A DNA stretch of 64,000 nt from Candidatus Krumholzibacteriota bacterium. GTDB taxonomy: Bacteria; Krumholzibacteriota; Krumholzibacteriia; LZORAL124-64-63. Positions 10,601 to 20,213 of this stretch are shown here, piece by piece. The translations under genes and the position numbers were made by a program. The stretch is from assembly GCA_039714075.1 (NCBI GenBank), contig JBDLKA010000005.1, positions 24,788-88,787 of the forward strand, written 5' to 3'. A model generated the notes under the pieces. That model worked only from the letters and a program-made list of their open reading frames with translations. It was not told the origin of the DNA and did not search any database. Each line of letters starts with the position of its first letter. The stretch's first letter is position 1.

Positions 10601-10995
10601 CCGCCGATCCCGGTGGCCGCGCCCTCGACGGGCATGACCTGGCTGGGATGGTTGTGGCTTTCGTGGGCGAAGATGATTCCGTAACGCTTGCCGTCGATCT
10701 CCCCGAAGTCCACGATGCCCGCATCCTCCACCGGGCCGACGACCACGTTCTCCCCCGAGGTGGGCAGATGGGCCTTCAGATGAGGGCGACTGCTTTTATA
10801 GGAGCAGTGTTCGCTCCACATGGTGTCGAACAGGGTCATCTCGGTCAGGGTGGGATCCCGGCCCAGGAGTTCGGCCACCTTCCGCGCCTCGCTCGGCGCC
10901 AGGGTCAGGCCGTGTTCCTTCAGATAGGTGGCCAGGGAAAGATCGTCATAACCACCCACGTCGATGGGTGAAAAGCTCTCGTCACAAAAAGCCAT
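7696..10995 (-). CDS. purL: Phosphoribosylformylglycinamidine synthase, small-type PurL fused to C-terminal PurQ glutaminase
   Basis: WSEHCSYKSS, ESHNHPS, GAATGIGGIVRD, HDISDGG; after an acidic linker PGVNCEEE, GGFSYQD, GICNGCQ (Cys), MPHPER (His-Glu). Confidence 0.95.
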   Translation of the reverse strand: MAFCDESFSPIDVGGYDDLSLATYLKEHGLTLAPSEARKVAELLGRDPTLTEMTLFDTMWSEHCSYKSSRPHLKAHLPTSGENVVVGPVEDAGIVDFGEIDGKRYGIIFAHESHNHPSQVMPVEGAATGIGGIVRDVYCMGGEVIATLDPLRFGWPDRESDSDDEAAHRVDIARQVVDGIWQYGNAIGVPNLGGDVYFHHSFNENCLVNVVAVGLVEQDHITHSAVPKEAAKEPYDLILVGKPTDWSGMGGAAFASATLDAEAATENKGSVQTPDPFLKRILSVANREVLAMARREKVTIGFKDLGAGGVSCVTSELADAGGFGCDVDVQLVHQIADLPARVCACSETQERYGLAVPARLTEAVLKIYNEDFALPSLYEGASARRIGKVTVDRQYILRWGDKILCQAPIETITEGIRYDREVELPARPDVAADERLPEAPGDRIADEWLALMSHPNVASREYIYRHYDPEVQAATILRPGEADAGVIAPVEGSRKAVALSADGNPLLGLADPWTAGAAAVLEACRNVACVGGEPAAITDCLNFGNPEIPASFGQFTEAVKGVGDACRQVGCYAKPGAPLPVISGNVSFYNQSSTGRSVAPSPIVAVVALIDDYTHCRSQRFKDAGDIILMVGSRLPEMQGSLYLDAGFQAGRPAVPALDFDAARCEIRGVIELVRAGVVSAAHDISDGGLAVCLSEMAMGQEAGSCHGADIRIPEGQAHLSVREFLFSEAGGFLVTLAADDLEQAVDILDTAGTDWWRLGEVTAEPGIEVATAAGESLFRLSVTDMTKAWQTGLPRLLGGSKAENAVPDPADNGDEAGHQDPASCAAAVNLQAKPRVAVVQLPGVNCEEESRRILKASGAEAEIFRWTRSPDELRVFDGFLIPGGFSYQDRVRAGAVAAKDPLLRVLLSAEAAGKPILGICNGCQVLVEAGLVPGIEPGAVEVALAANRYPGRRGYHSRWVGLEAVPGARTPFVEGLDGTFPLPIAHAEGRFTHEDPGFFSRLESDGLVALRYTGLGGRTDAAAGNPNGSLLHVAGLTNAAGNVLAMMPHPERAAQLRHVPEDLPHAWGRLRQAAAGDFNLLESAGPGSFLMRRLVELC

Positions 10996-11109
10996 GATTC
11001 TCCAGCGGGAAAGCGCGTGTCAACTGCGTCAACAGGGCCTTGAAGGGGCCAATTTAACAGGTGACGCCCGGAGGGGAAAGCAGGAATAAGCTTAAAGGAG
11101 GGATGGGGG

Positions 11110-11144
11110 AAAAAAATCCGCCCCGGTTCGAGAACCGGGGCGGA
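11110..11144 (-). terminator. Intrinsic terminator of the cytochrome c3 gene
   Basis: 12-bp stem TCCGCCCCGGTT/AACCGGGGCGGA followed by T7 on the minus strand. Confidence 0.85.
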
Positions 11145-11169
11145 AAAAGCGCTTTCAATAAGATGAGAC

Positions 11170-11595
11170 TTATTTGGCAGGCTTGGGATGGCAGCCGGCG
11201 CACTTCTTGGGTGCGGGACTGTCGGCGTGCTCTTTGAGGTATTCCTTGTGACAGCCGACGCAGTTAAGGTGGTAAGGATTCTTCTTGGAGCTTTTTTCCT
11301 TGCAGCTGGGAGTTTCAGCCTCTTCGGGCTCCAGGTGGCAGGAGGAGCAGGTGGCTACTTCCATTTCGCCCACGTTTTCAGCCGTCAAGCCTTCGGTGGT
11401 GTGATGGCAGTCCACACAGGTGGCAAACTCGAAGTGGGCCTTGTGGGGAAACTCGACGGCGGCTTTGGTGTCGGCACAGGCGTCAATGGTGATGTTCTCG
11501 GGGAGCGCGGTGGCCTCGGGTGCTTCTTCAGCGAAGGCGACAAGGGCGGCCAGGGCCGTCAACACGATGATGGTCATCAGAAAGAGCTTCCGCAT
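11170..11595 (-). CDS. Tetraheme cytochrome c3 (class III)
   Basis: Signal peptide, FPHKAH, four CxxCH (CVDCHH, CSSCH, CVGCH, CAGCH); AGGAGG RBS before ATG 11595. Confidence 0.88.
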   Translation of the reverse strand: MRKLFLMTIIVLTALAALVAFAEEAPEATALPENITIDACADTKAAVEFPHKAHFEFATCVDCHHTTEGLTAENVGEMEVATCSSCHLEPEEAETPSCKEKSSKKNPYHLNCVGCHKEYLKEHADSPAPKKCAGCHPKPAK

Positions 11596-11662
11596 CTGGG
11601 ATCCTCCTAGCGGGTTCACAAAATAGAGCACCGACCGGTCCGGCCGGTATTGTTACCTGTGA

Positions 11663-11692
11663 AAATTATTACGCCCCCCCCCACCAAGTCAA
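11663..11692 (-). promoter_or_regulatory. Putative sigma70 promoter of the cytochrome c3 gene with a G9 tract in the spacer
   Basis: Minus strand TTGACT-N18-TAATTT; the spacer contains 9 consecutive G (C11674-11682 on +). Confidence 0.55.
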
Positions 11693-11729
11693 ACCAATAG
11701 TCACAAAATCGTCATGAAAATGAAACTCG

Positions 11730-13034
<1,305 letters not shown>

Positions 13035-13111
13035 GGGAATCCTTCCTGGCCGTTCCTGACCTAAAGAAATTAACGGAACCGGCGGGCCTTACCGCCGACC
13101 CGGACCACCAC

Positions 13112-13141
13112 AAGCTAATCTGCGGTCAGGCGCATGGTCAA
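13112..13141 (-). promoter_or_regulatory. Possible sigma70 promoter of purB
   Basis: Minus strand TTGACC-N18-TAGCTT, about 80 nt upstream of the ATG. Confidence 0.35.
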
Positions 13142-13291
13142 GCCCCGGCCGGACGGCCGCCCGATTTCGCCGGTTTCGGACCCCTTATTGTTTTTGACCT
13201 GCGCCGAATGCTGTGTGGGGCTATCTTGGAGGCCGACCGGGCTGTCCCGGTCCAGGCATGCATCCCTTATCAATCGCAAGGAACACCGCCG

Positions 13292-14185
13292 ATGGTCGAC
13301 CGCAAGAAACTGGATCGCCAAGGACTGCTGCACCTGTTGGTCGTCTATGTGGTGTGGGGCAGCACCTACCTGGCCATCCGCGTCGCCGTGCGGGAAGGCG
13401 CCGGTTTCCCGCCTTTCATGATGGCCTTCATGAGGGTCCTTGTCGGCGCGGCCATACTGCTGACCTGGGCCCGGTTGAAAAAGGAACGAATCCTCCTGAC
13501 CCGCCAGGAATTCCCCCTGTTCCTGGGCAGTGGCATTCTCCTGTGGGTCGGCGGCAACGGTCTGGTGACCTGGGCGGAGATGCGGGCCTCATCGGGGCTG
13601 GCGGCCCTGCTGGTGGCCGCCATGCCCATCTGGGCCGAGTTGATCACCACGGTGATCGACCGGCGTCCGCCCACTCCCAAAATGACCGGCTCGATCCTGT
13701 TGGGGTTCACGGGGGTGGCCGTTTTGTCCTGGCCCGTGCTGCGGTCCGGCACCCGGGCCGACGTGTTGGGCGTGGTGGCCCTTCTGCTGGCCCCCCTGTT
13801 CTGGGCCATCGGCTCCATCTGGTTCCAGCGGCGCAAACCGGACCTGTCGGTACGGGCGATTTCCGGCTGGCAGATGCTCTGCGGGGGGCTGGGTTTCCTG
13901 GTCGTCATTCTGGTCCGCGGGGAAGGGCTTCCCCACCCCACCACCGAGGCCTGGCTGGCCTGGGGCTACCTGGTCGTCTTCGGGTCGGTGTTCGCCTTTA
14001 CCAGCTACATGGCCACCCTGCGCCTGCTGCCCTACCAGATCGTGATGACCTACGCCTACGTCAACCCCGTGATCGCCGTTTTCCTGGGTTGGCTGATCAT
14101 TTCCGAAGAGGTGACCGCCTGGACCCTGGGCGGCGCCGCCCTGGTCGTGGCGGGCGTGGCGGGCATCTTCAACAACCGGTCCTGA
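13292..14185 (+). CDS. EamA/DMT family transporter (YedA-like)
   Basis: About 10 hydrophobic helices, VVWGSTYLAI and TYAYVNPVIAVFLG; AAGGA RBS before ATG 13292. Confidence 0.88.
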   Translation: MVDRKKLDRQGLLHLLVVYVVWGSTYLAIRVAVREGAGFPPFMMAFMRVLVGAAILLTWARLKKERILLTRQEFPLFLGSGILLWVGGNGLVTWAEMRASSGLAALLVAAMPIWAELITTVIDRRPPTPKMTGSILLGFTGVAVLSWPVLRSGTRADVLGVVALLLAPLFWAIGSIWFQRRKPDLSVRAISGWQMLCGGLGFLVVILVRGEGLPHPTTEAWLAWGYLVVFGSVFAFTSYMATLRLLPYQIVMTYAYVNPVIAVFLGWLIISEEVTAWTLGGAALVVAGVAGIFNNRS

Positions 14186-15373
14186 CTACGGTTTGCCCCC
14201 GGGCAGGGGAATGGCCAGGGCTCCGGATTTCTGATCGCGGCGCGTCGAGTCCGGCCATTTGACGGTCACCTGGTCGCCGGGAACCGGTGCCGGGCCGCCC
14301 CGCCTGTTTTCCAGAAGGACCAACCCGCGCTCCGAACAGCCGTACCGTCCCCGTTTGCCGTTCGGCAGATCGAATCCCTCCGAAACGACCCGGACCACGC
14401 TGCAGCCCTTGCCCGGGGTGCGGGCCGGACGAATACGCACCGGCGGGTTCTCACCCCGGGTCAGAAACAGGAAAGACAGACTTGCGCGATCCCTGGGCAG
14501 TTTGGCCTTGTGGCTGAGCCGGGACAACCAGGCAGGCGTATCACCGGCGGGAAACGTGAAATGGCACCAGGGCGTGTTGCGCCGGCCGGGCATGGGACAA
14601 TCTTCGCCGTGCGGGCAGGGTGCGGGAATCCGCCAGCCCCGCTCCAGCGCGGTCTGGCGAATGCGTGACAGCGACCGGCCGGAGTCACGCACGCCGGATT
14701 CGACCAGCAGGATCGCGCCGTCACGGGCCACCTGTCCCTCCCACCTTTCCAGCAGGCGGGTCTCGGCCGAAGCGAGGTCACCGCCCGCACCGCGGGCGCC
14801 GCGTCCACCGCGGGAACCGTGATCCATTTCGCTGATGAAGTTGGCCATAACCAGCAGGTCCGCGGGCCTGAATTTCTTCCGGCCGGCGGGCTGGTTGTCG
14901 GTCCTGACCTTCCAGGGTGTCCGCCCCGCCAGGGATCCGAAAAGTTTCCGGCCGACCTTCAGCGCGGGTTCGGAACGATCGACCGCCAGATAGTCCAGTT
15001 CCTGCTCCCGCATACCCGGCCGCGACAACCACAGGGCGTGCAGGAAGGTCAAGGGCCCCGCCCCCAGGTCGACGATGTGCGAACCCGGCTTGACGGCCAG
15101 GTCCATACCCGCCAGCAGGCGGCCCTGACGATAGATGTTCCAGGGCAGATTGTAGTGCAGATAAGCCGCCAGGAATTCGGGCCGGGTCATGTAGTCGCGG
15201 GGCAGGTTTTCCCGGTCGACGGTCAGGTAGTCCGACAGGCGGCGGATGCCGGCCGGAAGGGTGGCGCGGTGTTTGGTCTTCAGGGGGAAGGCATCCGCCA
15301 GGGCGTGGGGCAACCCGGCCAGTCCATCGAGGAGTTCGGCTGAAGGCAGGGGAAAAAGGCCCGTATCCTTCAT
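14186..15373 (-). CDS. Rsm22/METTL17-like SAM-dependent methyltransferase
   Basis: AAYLHYNLP, VDLGAGP SAM motif, ANFISE, APCPHGEDCP...WCHF; true start ATG 15373 overlaps the hldD stop (ATGA). Confidence 0.7.
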   Translation of the reverse strand: MKDTGLFPLPSAELLDGLAGLPHALADAFPLKTKHRATLPAGIRRLSDYLTVDRENLPRDYMTRPEFLAAYLHYNLPWNIYRQGRLLAGMDLAVKPGSHIVDLGAGPLTFLHALWLSRPGMREQELDYLAVDRSEPALKVGRKLFGSLAGRTPWKVRTDNQPAGRKKFRPADLLVMANFISEMDHGSRGGRGARGAGGDLASAETRLLERWEGQVARDGAILLVESGVRDSGRSLSRIRQTALERGWRIPAPCPHGEDCPMPGRRNTPWCHFTFPAGDTPAWLSRLSHKAKLPRDRASLSFLFLTRGENPPVRIRPARTPGKGCSVVRVVSEGFDLPNGKRGRYGCSERGLVLLENRRGGPAPVPGDQVTVKWPDSTRRDQKSGALAIPLPGGKP

Positions 15374-16356
15374 GGAATCCGCGGACTCTCCAGGTGCCGG
15401 CCGGGCGCCAGGTGGTTCTGCACGTAATCGGCGACCGCGTCCTCGAGCACCGTCTGGGGCCGGTCGTACCCCGCGGCCGCAAGCTTGGCCATCCGGGCCT
15501 CGGTGTGGTACTGGTACTTGCCCTTGAGATGTCCGGGCATGGGGATGTACTCGATGGCGGGCTGGCGGTCCAGCGCCTTGAAGATGGCGCCAATCAGCCG
15601 GTTCCAGTCCTTGGCCTCGCCGCTGCCCACGTTGAAGATGCCGTTGGCCTGCGGGTTGTCCGCGAACCAGACCGTCATGTCCACGGCATCCTTCACGTAG
15701 ACGAAATCCCGCTGCTGGCCGCCGTCGGGGTACTGCGGCCGGTCCGATTGGAAAAGTTTCACCTGACCGGTGGCGGTGATCTGTTCGAATCCCTTGCAGA
15801 CCATGGACCGCATGTCGCCCTTGTGCCACTCGTTGGGGCCGAAAACGTTGAAGTACTTCAGGCAGACGATGCGTTCGAGCAATCCCTCGGACCGCGCCCA
15901 CATATCGAAGTCCTGCTTGGACTTGGCGTACAGGTTGAGGGGCTTCAATTCATCGAGCCGGGACTCGTCATCATCATAGCCCTGGTCCCCGTCGCCGTAG
16001 GTCGCGGCGCTGCTGGCGTTGATGAACCGCACGCCCGACTCCAGGCACAGAAGACAAAGCTTGCGTGTGTAGCCGAAGTTGTTCTCGTCGAGATAGGCCG
16101 CATCGGTTTCAGTGGTGCTGCTGCAGGCGCCCATGTGATAGAGGGTCTCCAGACCGTCGGCATTATCCGGATCGACCAGCCAGGCCAGGAACGCGTCCTT
16201 GGTCATGTACCGGTCGTAACGCAGCGGTTCCAGGTTGGCGTTGCCCGCATCAGTGGCGTGGACGTCGACCACGATGATGTCCTGCCGACCGGCCTGGTTC
16301 AGCTTCCACACGATGTTGCTGCCGATGAACCCGGCGGCGCCCGTCACTGCAATCAC
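15370..16356 (-). CDS. hldD: ADP-L-glycero-D-manno-heptose 6-epimerase
   Basis: TGAAGFIGSN, HMGACSSTTE, SSAATYG, PLNLYAKSK, YFNVFGPNEWHKGDMRS. Confidence 0.95.
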   Translation of the reverse strand: MIAVTGAAGFIGSNIVWKLNQAGRQDIIVVDVHATDAGNANLEPLRYDRYMTKDAFLAWLVDPDNADGLETLYHMGACSSTTETDAAYLDENNFGYTRKLCLLCLESGVRFINASSAATYGDGDQGYDDDESRLDELKPLNLYAKSKQDFDMWARSEGLLERIVCLKYFNVFGPNEWHKGDMRSMVCKGFEQITATGQVKLFQSDRPQYPDGGQQRDFVYVKDAVDMTVWFADNPQANGIFNVGSGEAKDWNRLIGAIFKALDRQPAIEYIPMPGHLKGKYQYHTEARMAKLAAAGYDRPQTVLEDAVADYVQNHLAPGRHLESPRIP

Positions 16357-16389
16357 GGCAAACTCCCGTTTCCGAAGTATTCCTGAAGT

Positions 16390-17475
16390 CTAGAAGAACT
16401 TCTTGGCCAACCCCAGCGCCCCCTGCTTCCAGGGCACCCGGTGGGTCACGCCGTCACTCTCGGCGAACTCGTCCTGATGGGCCAGATACCACTCGAAGTT
16501 ACGGATCAGGGCATCCTTGTTCGAGTACTGCGGCGCGTAGCCCAGAATCCGCTTCGCCTTGTCGATGGAGACGAACGAGTCCTTGCTCGCGGTCTCGTAC
16601 ACCCATTTATACAACGGCGACATGCCCAGTTTGTCGAGCAGGCGCAGGGCCCAGATCACCGGTTCGGCGGGGAACCCCTTGACCTTCCCGCCGTGGCCCG
16701 CGTAATCCAGGACCGCCTGCCAGTCCTCTTTCATGGTCGTGTACTCGCCGGCGCCGATGTTGAACGTGTCGTTCACGATGCCGTCGTCCAGCGTGCTGCA
16801 CAGCCAGATGGCCTGGCACAGGTCGCCGATGTCCAGCAGCTGGTACCGGTTGTCGCCCCGCCCGATCATGGGGAAGCCGCGGCCGTCCTGGGCCCAGTCG
16901 TACAGCAGGGCGAACACGCCCAGGCGCTCGGGACCGATGAAGCTCTTGGGCCGGATGATCGGCACGATCATGCCCTGCTCCTGGAACTCGTGGCAGACTG
17001 TTTCCGCCTCGACCTTGGCGTGCCCGTAGGGGCCGACGCCGTCCAACTGGTCGTCCTCCAGCAGGGGGTGATGGTCGGGAATGCCGTAGACCGCGGTGGA
17101 GGAAATATGGACGAACCGCCCCACTCCGTGCTCCTGCGCGGTTTTCAAAAGCAGCCGCGTGCCGTCGATGCCGGTGGTCACGATGTCATCGTGCGGATAC
17201 AGCGGCAGGGCCATGGCGCAGTGGATCACCAGGTCCACGCCCTCCATCGCCTTGGTCACCGCTTCAGGGTCGCGGATATCGCCCTTGACGATCTCGATGC
17301 GGTCCTGGCAGTCGGCATAGGTGAAATCGGCGAAATCCAGGGACCGGACGTTCACACCCTTGTCCAGCAGGAACCGGATGAGATTGATTCCCGTAAAGCC
17401 CGATCCACCGGTCACCAGGACCCGGCGCCAGGCCGCCGGCTGATCGTTCACGCTGTTTCCTTCTTGAGCTGTCAC
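16390..17475 (-). CDS. NAD-dependent epimerase/dehydratase (extended SDR)
   Basis: LVTGGSGFTG, HISSTAVYG, YGHAK (YxxxK); start may be GTG 17451. Confidence 0.85.
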   Translation of the reverse strand: MTAQEGNSVNDQPAAWRRVLVTGGSGFTGINLIRFLLDKGVNVRSLDFADFTYADCQDRIEIVKGDIRDPEAVTKAMEGVDLVIHCAMALPLYPHDDIVTTGIDGTRLLLKTAQEHGVGRFVHISSTAVYGIPDHHPLLEDDQLDGVGPYGHAKVEAETVCHEFQEQGMIVPIIRPKSFIGPERLGVFALLYDWAQDGRGFPMIGRGDNRYQLLDIGDLCQAIWLCSTLDDGIVNDTFNIGAGEYTTMKEDWQAVLDYAGHGGKVKGFPAEPVIWALRLLDKLGMSPLYKWVYETASKDSFVSIDKAKRILGYAPQYSNKDALIRNFEWYLAHQDEFAESDGVTHRVPWKQGALGLAKKFF

Positions 17476-17503
17476 TTCACGTCTCCTGTGTAACTTGCTG
17501 TTT

Positions 17504-18763
17504 TTACTCGTTTTCCGAATCTTTCAACAAACCGGAAGTTTCTTCTTCCAGGAGGATCTCCCCTTCCCACAACTCGCCGCTCCGTTCGGCGCGAAACTGC
17601 AGCCGATCGCCTACGTTGGCGTCATAGACCACCCGGTACAGGGTATCCAGGTTTTCCAGGGGAATGCCCTCGATCTCCCTGAAGATGTCGCCGGGCCGCA
17701 GCCCCGCCTTCCAGACCGGGGAGCCCTGCTGCACGGCCATGACCACCGCCCCCACCGGGTTGGTGAGCCTCATGTATTCCATGATGCCCGGGGAAAGTCT
17801 CTGCAGCGAAAATCCCAGGTTGACCTGCCGGTAATGACCGTATTTCCGGATTTCCGCGACGACCCTCATGACGCGGGACACCGGCAGGGCGAAACCGATC
17901 CCCACACTGCCGCCGGAATCCGAAAAGATGAAGGTGTTGATGCCGACCACTTCACCCCGGGTATTGACCAGCGGCCCGCCGCTGTTGCCGGGATTGATGG
18001 CCGCGTCCGTCTGAATCATGCCGAGGTAGGCCCGCTCACCCTTGGTCTGGCGGATGTCCCGATTCAGGGCACTGATCACGCCCACGGTTACGGTCGGCTG
18101 GGTGTCGGCCAGGAGGTAGCCGTAGGGCGACCCGATGGCGATGACCCATTCCCCGATCTGCAGGGTCTCCTCGGCGGCAAGGCGTGCCACCGGCAGGTCC
18201 TTGGCCTGGATGCGCAGGACGGCCAGGTCGTAACGGTCGACTTCGTCAAGTTTGACGGCCTGGTACTGCCGGCCGTCCGACAGGGTCACGATGATCTGCA
18301 CCGCACCGGCCACCACGTGCTGGTTGGTGACGATCAGGCCGTCCTCCGAAACGATCAGACCCGACCCCATATTCTGAACGTTGCGAAAGTAGTTTCGCTT
18401 GGGAATGATGCCCATCCGTTCCAGCATGGCCATCGAGGGATCCCGGACCGATTGCTGTTGCACCACGTTGATGCTGACCACCGCCGGGGCCACCTGGCGC
18501 GTGGCCCGGACAATGGCGTTTCCCCGTTCATGCGAAAGATCCTCGAGAACGCTTCCCGGATCCCCGTTCGGGGATCCGACCGAATCAGCGTAAGTATCGC
18601 CGCTGACCGTCGCGGTCACCCCGTGGCCGTCCCGGCCGTTCGGATCGTCATCGGCACCGCGCAGGAAGGGGGAATCGGACCTGGTGGCGAGCAGAATCCC
18701 GCCCAAAGCCACTCCGGCAAGCAGTCCCAGTAAAACCCCGGTCCATGCGTTGCGGCCGCTCAT
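17504..18763 (-). CDS. HtrA/DegP-family serine protease with one PDZ domain and N-terminal membrane anchor
   Basis: VTNQHVV (His), DLAVL (Asp), QTDAAINPGNSGGPL (Ser), AGLRPGD PDZ. Confidence 0.92.
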   Translation of the reverse strand: MSGRNAWTGVLLGLLAGVALGGILLATRSDSPFLRGADDDPNGRDGHGVTATVSGDTYADSVGSPNGDPGSVLEDLSHERGNAIVRATRQVAPAVVSINVVQQQSVRDPSMAMLERMGIIPKRNYFRNVQNMGSGLIVSEDGLIVTNQHVVAGAVQIIVTLSDGRQYQAVKLDEVDRYDLAVLRIQAKDLPVARLAAEETLQIGEWVIAIGSPYGYLLADTQPTVTVGVISALNRDIRQTKGERAYLGMIQTDAAINPGNSGGPLVNTRGEVVGINTFIFSDSGGSVGIGFALPVSRVMRVVAEIRKYGHYRQVNLGFSLQRLSPGIMEYMRLTNPVGAVVMAVQQGSPVWKAGLRPGDIFREIEGIPLENLDTLYRVVYDANVGDRLQFRAERSGELWEGEILLEEETSGLLKDSENE

Positions 18764-19416
18764 TACTTGCCGCCCTGCAACTTGTCCCAGTCGGCCATGA
18801 ATCCGGCCAGGCCCTTGTCGGTCAGCGGATGGGCCACCAGTTTCCTGATCACCTCGGGCGGGATGGTGGCGATGTCGGCGCCCAGCAGGGCCGAATCCAC
18901 CACGTGCAGGGGGTGGCGGACCGAGGCAACGATCACTTCGGTTTCATACCCGTAGTTCTCGTAGATGTCCACGACATCGCTGATCAGTTGCATGCCGTCC
19001 TCGCTGACATCGTCCAGGCGGCCGACGAAAGGCGACACGTAGGCCGCGCCGGCCTTGGCCACCAGCAGGGCCTGGCTCGTGGAAAACACCAGGGTGGCGT
19101 TGACCGGGATGCCCTCGGCGGCCAGGGCCGCGGTCGCTTTCAGACCTTCGTAGGTGGTGGGCACCTTGACCACGATATGTTCGCTGAGGGCCGCCAACCG
19201 CTTGCCCTCTTCGATCATGCCGGCCGCGTCGAGGGCGGTCACTTCGCCGCTGACGGGACCCTGGACCACTTCGCAGATCTCTTTCAACACGCTGTCGGTA
19301 TCGGTGTTGCCTTCCCGGGCCATGAGGCTCGGGTTGGTGGTCACCCCGTCACACATGCCCATGGCCTTGATTTCCTTGATGGCCTCGAGGTTGGCCGTGT
19401 CGATGAAGAATTTCAT
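18763..19416 (-). CDS. tal: Transaldolase (short TalC/FSA family)
   Basis: MKFFIDTAN, GVTTNPSL, VVKVP; has Glu (SGEV) and Phe (SPFVGR), the transaldolase rather than FSA residues. Confidence 0.9.
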   Translation of the reverse strand: MKFFIDTANLEAIKEIKAMGMCDGVTTNPSLMAREGNTDTDSVLKEICEVVQGPVSGEVTALDAAGMIEEGKRLAALSEHIVVKVPTTYEGLKATAALAAEGIPVNATLVFSTSQALLVAKAGAAYVSPFVGRLDDVSEDGMQLISDVVDIYENYGYETEVIVASVRHPLHVVDSALLGADIATIPPEVIRKLVAHPLTDKGLAGFMADWDKLQGGK

Positions 19417-20213
19417 GGGGTCTCTCCTTGGGGAGGTGTGACTTGTTCAATGTAACCGGGGTCCATCAACCGTTCCGGATAAACAACTTCTTCGAGAAAA
19501 AGACCCCGGGCGGGCGCCATGCGGCCCGACGCGCTGCGGCTGCGGGCGGCCAGAATCCGGGGAATATCGTCGGCTTCCCGTTCGCCTCTTCCGATTTCCG
19601 CCAAGGCCCCCATCATGTTGCGGACCATGTGGTGCAGGAACCGGTTGGCCCGGACGTGAAAGATAGCCGAATCATCCCCCCAATCAAAGGCGCAAAGGCC
19701 GACATCGCAGAGGTTGTGGTCCTCCTTGAGCGATTTGGCCTTGCAGAAGCTGCTGAAATCGTGGGATCCGACAAAGGCCGCGGCCGCCCGGTCCATGGCT
19801 GCCCGGTCCAGGGGCCGGAAGATGTACCAGCAGTGCGGGCGAAAGATATCCCGCACCTGGATGAGATTGTAACTGTAGCGCCTGGCGATGGCCGAGTGGC
19901 GGGCGTTGAAGGAAGGCGAGACGCGGCGGATGCCCTGGATGTCGATGTCGTCGGGCATCATGCGGGGAAGGGCCCCGATCACCCGGTCGACCTCGGCTGC
20001 GGTTTCCACCGTCAGGTGCGCGACCTGGCCCCGGGCATGAACGCCCGCGTCGGTCCGGCCCGCGGCCACGGGAATGGCGTCCCGGCCGAGCAGCCGGGTC
20101 AATTCATGACGCATGTCGCCCTGGACCGAGCGGGCATCCGGCTGGATCTGCCAGCCATGGAAGGCCGTGCCCACATAGGCCAGGTCGATGCGCAACCTGA
20201 AAACCTCGTTCAC
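19413..20213 (-). CDS. truA: tRNA pseudouridine(38-40) synthase
   Basis: LAYVGTAFHGWQIQP, AGRTDAGVHA (catalytic Asp), HDFSSF, NRFLHHMVR; GTG start overlaps the upstream stop. Confidence 0.95.
   Translation of the reverse strand: MNEVFRLRIDLAYVGTAFHGWQIQPDARSVQGDMRHELTRLLGRDAIPVAAGRTDAGVHARGQVAHLTVETAAEVDRVIGALPRMMPDDIDIQGIRRVSPSFNARHSAIARRYSYNLIQVRDIFRPHCWYIFRPLDRAAMDRAAAAFVGSHDFSSFCKAKSLKEDHNLCDVGLCAFDWGDDSAIFHVRANRFLHHMVRNMMGALAEIGRGEREADDIPRILAARSRSASGRMAPARGLFLEEVVYPERLMDPGYIEQVTPPQGETP

Noticed and set aside
10996-11109. Possible purine or ZTP riboswitch upstream of purL (also checked upstream of purB)
   Set aside because: No conserved aptamer elements such as the ZTP GCCUGGGC pseudoknot were found
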